Shown: in pieces, positions 57,444-64,000 of the stretch
How positions within the stretch are numbered: position 1 is the stretch's first letter
How the letters are laid out: each line of letters opens with the position of its first letter
Origin: an uncultured Gemmatimonadales bacterium
GTDB lineage: Bacteria; Gemmatimonadota; Gemmatimonadetes; Longimicrobiales; RSA9
Length of the DNA: 64,000 bases
Reading direction: 5' to 3'
NCBI GenBank assembly: GCA_963708135.1
Contig: OY970192.1
Coordinates: 2,176,001 to 2,240,000, forward strand
Position numbers and translations under genes: made by a program
The notes under the pieces: generated by a model
Database searches by the model: none
What the model was told of the DNA's origin: nothing
The model's input: the letters and a program-made list of their open reading frames with translations, nothing else

Positions 57444-57472
57444 AAGATACTTACCCTACTTCGTGGCATCAA
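57444..57472 (-). promoter_or_regulatory. Sigma70-like promoter of the M16 protease gene
   Basis: TTGATG - 17 nt - TATCTT within an AT-rich patch. Confidence 0.65.
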
Positions 57473-57529
57473 CTTTCGGAGGTGAGCGACCGGCGCGAGC
57501 GCGGTCCGAGTCCACGTGCCGCGGGCCGG

Positions 57530-60076
57530 TCAGCTCCCCGGGCTCTCACTCCCGCGGATCCGCTGGATGGCGGCCTGGATCGCGTTGATGACCCGGAACT
57601 CCGCCTCGTCCTTCAGCCTCGCCTCGAGGGCGGGGATGCTGGAGGATTGGCCGAGCCGGCCGAGCGCGCCGGCGGCGGACTGCCGGATGAAGAGGTCCTC
57701 GTCGGCGAGGAGCGGGGCGAGGCGCCTGGCGAGCATCTCCTCGCTGCCCTGCGAGACGGCGATGAGCGAGCCGATGGCCGCCTGTCGAGCCTGCCGGCTG
57801 TGGCCGGGCCCGATGAAGGCGAGCATGAGCCCCCGGGCGGTGGCGGGGTCGACGCGGCCCAGGGCAACGATGGCGTTGGCGCGCAGCACGTCGAGCCAGG
57901 AATCCCGGTCGAGCATGGCGCGGATCACGGGCAGCGCCGCGGCGGGGGCCACGGCGGCGTACGACTGGGTGGCGGCGCCGCGCACGTAGAGCGAGGAGTC
58001 CGCGCGGGCCAGCTCGGCCAGCCGCGCCTGGACCGGGGCCGCGGGGAACTTCCCCAGCGCGACGGTCGCGTCCCCGCGGACGCGCGCGTCGGCATCCCGT
58101 GTAGCGTCGAGCAGGGCGGCGCGGGCGAGGGTGTCCGGGGCGAGGCCGGCCAGGTCCCGCACCGCGCGGTCGCGCACGCCCCAGAAGGCGTCGCCGCGGG
58201 CGGCCGCGGCCACGGCCGCGACGGCCTCGGGCTGGTCCTTGCGCCCGGCCAGCAGCCCGGCGGCGATTATGCGGCCGATCACCCCGTCGTCGTGCCGGAG
58301 CTGGTAGACGAGCATGGTGGTGGGGCGGGGGAAGTCGGTGATGTCGAGCAGCCAGCCGCCCTTGTCCCAGCGGATCGCGCGCGGCGCGCCGGGCAGCGGC
58401 AGCGTGAGCCGGCCGCCGCCGCCGCGCACCTGCATCACGCCGCGAACGGGGCCGGCCTCCGTCGTCGCCTCGATGTCCACGTCCACGTCGAAGAAGCCGG
58501 TCAGCGAGTCGCGCGGCTGGACCTCGCGGGCCTGGAGCGCGAGGGTCTTCGCGGCGTCGTCGTAATGGTAGGAGACGCGGACGACGGGGAAGCCGGCCTT
58601 GTAGACCCAGTCGGTGAAGAAGCGCGAGAAGTCCCTGCCGGTCTCCTCCTCGAAGGCCTTCTCGAGGTCCGCGCTGGTGACGGTCGAGAACTGGTTCGCG
58701 ACGGTGTAGCGGTGCATGGCCGCCCAGAAGGTGGAATCGCCGAGCTGGTGGCGGAGCATCTGCAGGATGGTGGCGCCCTTCGGGTAGATGTGACCGCTGA
58801 AGAAGAGCTCGAACGGGTCGGTCACCCAGCGGTCGTAGACGATCGGCCGGCGCGCGTTCCGGTCCGCGGCGATGACCTGCTCCTGCGCCTCGTAGCGGTC
58901 GAGGTCGCCCTCGTCCTTCCCCTGGTCGGCGTAGCGGAAAGTCTGCTCCATGAAGGTGGCGAAGCCCTCGTTCAGCCAGATGTGCGCCCACGTCCGCGTG
59001 GTCAGCAGGTCGCCGTACCACTGGTGCCCGAGCTCGTGCGCGACGAGGCCGCCAGAGTACGCCTGCGGCTCCGCCCAGCGCGGGTGCAGGATGCCGTTGT
59101 CGAGCTGCGTGGTGGCGGTCACGTTCTCCATGCCGCCGAAGATATAGTCGGGCGTCACCGACTGGTCGTACTTGCTCCACGGGTAGGGGTAGTGCGTCTT
59201 GTCGGAGTAGACCTGGATGGCGCGCGGCGTCATGCCGAAGCCGCGCCAGCCCGCCTGCACCGAGTCCGGATAGACCCAGTAATCCACCGGCACGTCCTTC
59301 CAGTGGTCGCGCAGCACCGCGTAGTCGCCGATGACCATCGACATGAGATAGCTCGACGCCGGGTGCTCGAGCTTCCAGTGCCAGACGATCCCGCCGCCCA
59401 CGCGCGTCGAGTCCACCAGCCGTCCGTTCGACAGCGCGCGCTCCCCCGTCGGCGTGCGGATGTAGAACTCCCAGAGCGTCTTGTCGTTCGGGTAGTCGTA
59501 GGTCGGGATCCAGTAGCGGTTCAGCTCCGTCTCGCCCTGCGTCCACAGGATGTGCATCCGGTCGATGAAGTACGCGCCCTGCTTCGGCCGCACCGCCTCG
59601 TACGCGATCGTCACCGCCGCCGTCGCGCCCTCGGCCAGCGCGCTCGGCGTGTGCACCGTCACCGTGTGGCCGTCGTAGTCGTAGCGGAGCGCGCGACCCT
59701 TCGCGCCCTTCACCGAAGCGATCTTCATCCCCTCGGCATCGAACGCCAGCGTGGAGAGCGGCCCCTTCGTCACCCGCACGTGCAACGTGGTGGTGCCCAC
59801 GACGGCGTGCCGCGTCCAGTCCAGCCGCAGGTGCGTCACCTGGTTCTGGAGGTCGTACGGGTGCTGCCGCTCCGCGTGCGCGGTCCCGGGCGGCAGCGGC
59901 CCCCACGTGATGTAGGGCCCCTGCTGGAACGCCGGGGTGCGCTCGTCGGCGGGTGTATCGGCCGGCGCGGCCGAGGCGCGGACGGCGGGCGGCACGGCGG
60001 ACGACGGGGGGACGGGCGGCGTCGAGGCGCAGCCGGTGCCCGCGAGGATCAGGCAGGCGACGAGGGGGCGTGTCAT
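57530..60076 (-). CDS. M1 aminopeptidase with C-terminal HEAT repeats; probable lipoprotein
   Basis: GGMEN, HELGHQWYG...WLNEGFA, IYPKGA; lipobox-like LAGTGC. Confidence 0.93.
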   Translation of the reverse strand: MTRPLVACLILAGTGCASTPPVPPSSAVPPAVRASAAPADTPADERTPAFQQGPYITWGPLPPGTAHAERQHPYDLQNQVTHLRLDWTRHAVVGTTTLHVRVTKGPLSTLAFDAEGMKIASVKGAKGRALRYDYDGHTVTVHTPSALAEGATAAVTIAYEAVRPKQGAYFIDRMHILWTQGETELNRYWIPTYDYPNDKTLWEFYIRTPTGERALSNGRLVDSTRVGGGIVWHWKLEHPASSYLMSMVIGDYAVLRDHWKDVPVDYWVYPDSVQAGWRGFGMTPRAIQVYSDKTHYPYPWSKYDQSVTPDYIFGGMENVTATTQLDNGILHPRWAEPQAYSGGLVAHELGHQWYGDLLTTRTWAHIWLNEGFATFMEQTFRYADQGKDEGDLDRYEAQEQVIAADRNARRPIVYDRWVTDPFELFFSGHIYPKGATILQMLRHQLGDSTFWAAMHRYTVANQFSTVTSADLEKAFEEETGRDFSRFFTDWVYKAGFPVVRVSYHYDDAAKTLALQAREVQPRDSLTGFFDVDVDIEATTEAGPVRGVMQVRGGGGRLTLPLPGAPRAIRWDKGGWLLDITDFPRPTTMLVYQLRHDDGVIGRIIAAGLLAGRKDQPEAVAAVAAAARGDAFWGVRDRAVRDLAGLAPDTLARAALLDATRDADARVRGDATVALGKFPAAPVQARLAELARADSSLYVRGAATQSYAAVAPAAALPVIRAMLDRDSWLDVLRANAIVALGRVDPATARGLMLAFIGPGHSRQARQAAIGSLIAVSQGSEEMLARRLAPLLADEDLFIRQSAAGALGRLGQSSSIPALEARLKDEAEFRVINAIQAAIQRIRGSESPGS

Positions 60077-60191
60077 GGCTCATCCGCGTGCGAGGGTCGG
60101 CCGGGCCTGAACGCACCGGCGCACGCGGGCAATGTAGGGCGCGGCTCCGGAGCCGGCACGGTGTTCGACGCCGTCGATCCGGAGGGGGCAG

Positions 60192-60225
60192 CGCCTCGAC
60201 GCCGCGGTGGCGCGGCGTCGAGGCG
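60192..60225. terminator. Perfect 15-bp stem hairpin downstream of the TonB-dependent receptor
   Basis: CGCCTCGACGCCGCG-GTGG-CGCGGCGTCGAGGCG; no U tract. Confidence 0.65.
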
Positions 60226-60246
60226 GGAATGCGTCCCGGCTGCGGC

Positions 60247-62610
60247 TCAGTATCCTACGCTGAGCTTCAGCTGGACGGCGCGCGGGCGGCCCACGGAGGC
60301 GCCGCTGAAGAAGGCGCCCTTCAGGAGGTAGTGCTTGTCGAAGACGTTGTTCACATAGAGCTGTGCGGTGAGCACGCCGGCGCCCACGATGAAGCTGTGC
60401 CCGGCGGCCGCGTCCATGACGAAGCTGGGATCCACATGGATGTCGGGGTTGAAGTCGAAGAGGCCGCGCCCGATCGGCGCGCCGATGTCGGCGCCGTTGG
60501 TGAGGCCGCTGCCGTAGATCCCGGTGGCGCTGAGGAAGGAGCGGTGCGCCGAGTAGACGGCGGAAGCCACCGACGAGACGCGCTGGTCGTGGTCGAGGTC
60601 GAACCAGCCGCCGGGCACGTCGGCGATGTCCGTGGGGAAGAAGCCGCCGGTCACCGGGCCGTGCCCGTATGCGTGGTTGATGGCGAAGTTGAGGTAGCCG
60701 GAGAGCGGCCCCGACGGGCGCACCTCAATGGCGGCTTCGATCCCGCGGATGTGCACCACGGCAAGGTTTACGTCGGTGACGATGGAGGTGCCGGGCACGG
60801 TGTTGTCGTCGATCCCGGGGCTGCTGTTCTTCAGGTAGGCGGAGAGCTTGGCGACGATGCCGGAGGGAAAGCGGTGGATCACGCCGCCGGAGAAGAAGTC
60901 GTCGCGCTCGGGGAGCGTGGGCGCGGTGGCGGTGGTGTCGCCGCCCTCGGAGACGGTGGTGATGGCGCGCAGGTCCTCGATGTTGGTCGGCATGAAGAGC
61001 CGGCCGTAATACAGGTAGAGCGTGTTGGCCGGATCCGGGAAGAAGTTCAGCCGGAGCCGTGGGCTGACCTGGTGCTGGGTGGTGGTGAACGGCGCGGCGT
61101 GGCTGTCGTAGCGGATGCCGGCGCGCAGCTGGAGCCATTCGACCGGCGTGAGCATCGTCTCCCCGTAGAAGCCGAGGTCGTGGCCGTTCAGCCCGGAGCG
61201 GGAGGCGGGCCCCGGGTTGCCGGCGGCGTCCGTGGTCACGAAATCCTCGCGCCCGCTGGTGGCGGAGGACTGCGTGCCGACCTTGAACTCGGCCGCGTGC
61301 GATGGGCTCCAGCGGTAGTCGGCTTTCACGCCGTAGACGTTGAAGCCGCGGTTCTCGCTGATGTTGTACAACACGGTGTCGGGGTAGAAGATGAAGCTGG
61401 GCTCGTCCGTTGTCCCGGGCATGTAGTCGAGACTGCCGTGGCGATAGAAGAAGGCGGCAAAGAGGTCGGAGCCGGCCTCCCCTTCACCGCCGGCCCCCGC
61501 ACGGCTGAAACGGTGGCGCCAGCTCAGGTTGGCGAAGCTGTTGACGTCGCGCTGGTGGTCGTTGAGCAGCCCCTGCGTCGAGTCGAACGGGACGGCGAAG
61601 GCGGTCCGCGACCAGTTCAGGTCCAGGTCCATCTCATCGGCCGGGGTGGGGACGTAGCGGAGCTTGCCGAAGGTGAACAGATCCTGCCCGTGGTTATGGA
61701 AGTTGACCGGCTCGAGCGAGGCCGTGTCGAAGACGACCGGCTCCTCGCGCATGTTCGTCTCCTGCCGGGTACCTGAGACGAACCAGCCCCAGCGGCCCTC
61801 GTTCGAGCTGAGGTTGAGCGTCTGGCCGTCCGAGTTGTACGAGCCGCCGTAGGTGGATCCCTGGACGTGGAACCCGCCCGCCGGGATCTGCGTCTGCACC
61901 TGCACGATGGCCGCGTTCCTGCCGCCGTACTCGGCATCCCAGCCGCCCGTCTGGAACTCGATGCGGTTCACGACCTCCGGGTCGAACAGCTCGTTCAGGC
62001 TGCCGGATATGCCCGGCGGGACCGGGACACCGTCCACGTAATAGGTGTACTCCGCGTGCTGCCCCCGGATGTGCACCTCGCCGGTCGGCGCGCGGGCCGC
62101 GCCGACGATCGACTGCTGCAGGATCTGCGAGGTCGTGCTGGTGGGCGCGCCATGATACTGGTTCTGCTGGTAGACCTGGTTGCCCGTGCGCGTGTCCACC
62201 GCGATCGGCGCCCTGGCCGTGACCTCCAGCGCGCTGAGGCTGACGGCCTGCGCGACCAGCCGAAGATCCAGCTGAACAGGCGCCGCGCTCTCCCCCACCG
62301 CGACGGTGCGGGCCGCCGTGGCGAAGCCGATCAGGTGCACGGCCACGCGGTAGCTCCCGGGCGCGAGATCGTGCACGACGAAGCGGCCGAACTGGTCCGT
62401 CACGACATCGGCCGCAATGCGCGACCCGCTCGAGACGACGACCTCCGCGCCGGGCAGCGGACCGCCGTTCGCGCTGTCGCGGACGGTGCCCTCGAGGTCG
62501 GCGTTGGCCGGCGGCCGGGCGGGCGCCGCCACGAGAGGCCGCGTCAGGGGACCCGCGAGCAGCAGGCACAGGGTCAGGCCAGGGAGCATCAGGATTCGCG
62601 ATGAGCTCAT
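60247..62610 (-). CDS. TonB-dependent receptor with carboxypeptidase-regulatory-like N-terminal domain
   Basis: Signal peptide, GTVRDS..G.PLPGA.V, plug HIRG...YYVDGVP...GGWDAEYGG, beta-barrel ending GRPRAVQLKLSVGY. Confidence 0.92.
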   Translation of the reverse strand: MSSSRILMLPGLTLCLLLAGPLTRPLVAAPARPPANADLEGTVRDSANGGPLPGAEVVVSSGSRIAADVVTDQFGRFVVHDLAPGSYRVAVHLIGFATAARTVAVGESAAPVQLDLRLVAQAVSLSALEVTARAPIAVDTRTGNQVYQQNQYHGAPTSTTSQILQQSIVGAARAPTGEVHIRGQHAEYTYYVDGVPVPPGISGSLNELFDPEVVNRIEFQTGGWDAEYGGRNAAIVQVQTQIPAGGFHVQGSTYGGSYNSDGQTLNLSSNEGRWGWFVSGTRQETNMREEPVVFDTASLEPVNFHNHGQDLFTFGKLRYVPTPADEMDLDLNWSRTAFAVPFDSTQGLLNDHQRDVNSFANLSWRHRFSRAGAGGEGEAGSDLFAAFFYRHGSLDYMPGTTDEPSFIFYPDTVLYNISENRGFNVYGVKADYRWSPSHAAEFKVGTQSSATSGREDFVTTDAAGNPGPASRSGLNGHDLGFYGETMLTPVEWLQLRAGIRYDSHAAPFTTTQHQVSPRLRLNFFPDPANTLYLYYGRLFMPTNIEDLRAITTVSEGGDTTATAPTLPERDDFFSGGVIHRFPSGIVAKLSAYLKNSSPGIDDNTVPGTSIVTDVNLAVVHIRGIEAAIEVRPSGPLSGYLNFAINHAYGHGPVTGGFFPTDIADVPGGWFDLDHDQRVSSVASAVYSAHRSFLSATGIYGSGLTNGADIGAPIGRGLFDFNPDIHVDPSFVMDAAAGHSFIVGAGVLTAQLYVNNVFDKHYLLKGAFFSGASVGRPRAVQLKLSVGY

Positions 62611-62683
62611 GTCGGTCTCCGCCAGGGGGTTCCACCCACCCTGTTGGGCGGGGGCCGGGGTGCGCCCCCGGCCGGGCGGCGTG

Positions 62684-62773
62684 AGCATAGGCCCGCGCGC
62701 GTGAGCGCTCCTAGCGGACGCGGATGAGCCGTCGGATTCGAGGAATGGACGGAGGCAGGAGCGGGCTGAGCGG
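62684..62773 (-). promoter_or_regulatory. Putative LytTR-activated promoter: three direct repeats at 21-bp period plus -10 TATGCT
   Basis: Minus strand CCGCTCAG (62766-73), CCGTCCAT (62745-52), CGGCTCAT (62724-31); TATGCT at 62684-89. Confidence 0.5.
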
Positions 62774-63550
62774 CTACAGCCGCAGCAGGTCGTCGCGGAG
62801 CGAGCGCCCGCGCTGACGGCTGACCTGCAGCCGCTGCCCGCCGCGCAGCGTGGCAATGTAGGTGCCGCCCGGCATCGGGCTCACCCGCTCGATCTGGTCG
62901 AGGTTCGCGAGGGTCCCGCGCGAGAGGCGGACGAAGCGCGCGGGGTCGAGGCGTGCCTCGAGGTCCTTCAGGCGGTGGTTGAGCTGGTGGCGCCTGCCGG
63001 AGAGGGTGGTGAGGTGGAGCACCTCGCCGCGCGCGACGACGCAGGCGATCTCGTCCACCGGCACGATCATGATGTCGTCGCCTTCACGCACCGGGATGCG
63101 GCGCAGGTAGCCCGCATCTGCCGCCGCGCCACGGACGGCGGCCGAGCGCACGCGCCTGATCTCCTCGCCGCGCGCATCGGCGTGCTCGAGGCGGTCGTGG
63201 GCACGGCGCAGCGTACGCAGCAGCCGCGGCCGTTCGACCGGCTTCAGCAGGTAGTCGATCGCCTCCAGCTCGAACGCCCGCGCGGCGTACTCGTCGTGTG
63301 CCGTGACGAAGGCGACGAGGGGCAGCAGCCGCTTCCTCACCAGCCGCACCACCGCCAGCCCGTCTACCTCCGGCATCTGCAGGTCGAGCAGGGCCAGGTC
63401 AGGGCGGGTCTCCTCGATCAGCGCCACCGCCGCCGCGCCCCCCGCCGCCTCGCCGACCAACTCGACGCCGGGCACCGCCTTCAGGAGGGAGACCAGGTAC
63501 GCGCGCGCCGGCCGCTCGTCGTCGGCGATGACCACGCGCAGGCTGATCAT
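62774..63550 (-). CDS. LytTR-family response regulator
   Basis: ADDE, LLDLQMP, FVTAHDEYA..AFE..AIDYLLKP, LDPARFVR.SR...NL, LQVSR. Confidence 0.95.
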   Translation of the reverse strand: MISLRVVIADDERPARAYLVSLLKAVPGVELVGEAAGGAAAVALIEETRPDLALLDLQMPEVDGLAVVRLVRKRLLPLVAFVTAHDEYAARAFELEAIDYLLKPVERPRLLRTLRRAHDRLEHADARGEEIRRVRSAAVRGAAADAGYLRRIPVREGDDIMIVPVDEIACVVARGEVLHLTTLSGRRHQLNHRLKDLEARLDPARFVRLSRGTLANLDQIERVSPMPGGTYIATLRGGQRLQVSRQRGRSLRDDLLRL

Positions 63551-63999
63551 GCCGTGGCTGCCGCGGACGAAGCCCGGGCGTGCGCCACCCCGCGCGGCCC
63601 GGCCGGCAATACCACCCGGACGGTCGTACCCACACCGGGTGCGCTGGAGATGTCCAGCCGCGCGCCGTCGCCGTAGTAGCGGTCCAGCCGACGGGCGACG
63701 CTGGCGAGGCCGATTCCGCTGCGGCGGCCCGCGGCCAGCTCGGCGGGCGTCGCGCCGGCGCCGGTATCGACGATCGAGATCGAGACGCGCTCGCCCGCCC
63801 CCGCAGCTTCGGCGGGCTCCAGACGTGCCTTGATGCTGACCCGGCCGCCTGCCTCCAGCGGCGCGATCCCGTGCTTCACGGCGTTCTCGACCAGGGGCTG
63901 GAGCAGGAGCTGGGGAACGTCGAGGTCACGGAGCTCGTCCGGCACATCGATCGAGACCTGGAGTCGCTCCTCGAACCGCGCGTGCTCGATGGCCAGGTA
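63547..63999 (-). CDS. LytS-type sensor histidine kinase, C-terminal part (truncated by the window edge)
   Basis: YLAIEHARFEERL, LLQPLVENAVKHG, DTGAG, GIGL..V..RL...YG. Confidence 0.92.
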   Translation of the reverse strand, partial: YLAIEHARFEERLQVSIDVPDELRDLDVPQLLLQPLVENAVKHGIAPLEAGGRVSIKARLEPAEAAGAGERVSISIVDTGAGATPAELAAGRRSGIGLASVARRLDRYYGDGARLDISSAPGVGTTVRVVLPAGPRGVAHARASSAAATA

Positions 64000-64000
64000 G

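Noticed and set aside
52156..57444. 1762-aa plus-strand ORF
   Set aside because: Antisense shadow of the TPR and M16 genes; Arg/Ala/Gly-rich with no motifs.
62611..62683. Cobalamin, TPP or NiCo riboswitch upstream of the TonB receptor
   Set aside because: Only two short GC hairpins; no recognisable conserved aptamer motifs, and the leader is short.

Overview
A very GC-rich bacterial chromosomal segment. The gene content suggests Gemmatimonadota (inference, not verified): PadR with ADOP-type orphan permeases, TolB-N/TPR proteins, and Firmicutes-like ylm and tilS-hpt-ftsH blocks alongside outer-membrane proteins. Left to right: (1) 0.2-13 kb holds accessory genes: a degenerate histidine kinase, a PAP2 phosphatase, DUF6064 and DUF6544 proteins, PadR with two orphan MacB-like permeases, a serine hydrolase, tRNA-Val(TAC) and a BON protein. 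(2) 13.8-31.6 kb is a tightly coupled, roughly 17-gene minus-strand operon. It interleaves a chemosensory core with no receptor gene (cheW, cheY, cheA, cheC, cheR, cheD, cheB and a double cheW) with mglA, three roadblock/MglB-like genes, two DUF4388-TPR proteins carrying MshEN-like motifs, a large TPR protein, a membrane-anchored gluzincin and a tandem DnaA-type AAA+ protein with no DNA-binding domain. This is the most notable system in the window. (3) Housekeeping blocks follow: yggS-divIVA-punA-ileS-dksA-lspA-rluD and tilS-hpt-ftsH-folP-cdaA. (4) The right end holds Tyr/Arg/Gly-rich small proteins, a glycerophosphodiester phosphodiesterase, DUF72, a TPR protein, M16 and M1 peptidases, and a TonB-dependent receptor behind a LytS/LytTR two-component system. 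I found no cas genes, integrases or transposases. All calls come from reading motifs by eye; no searches were run.
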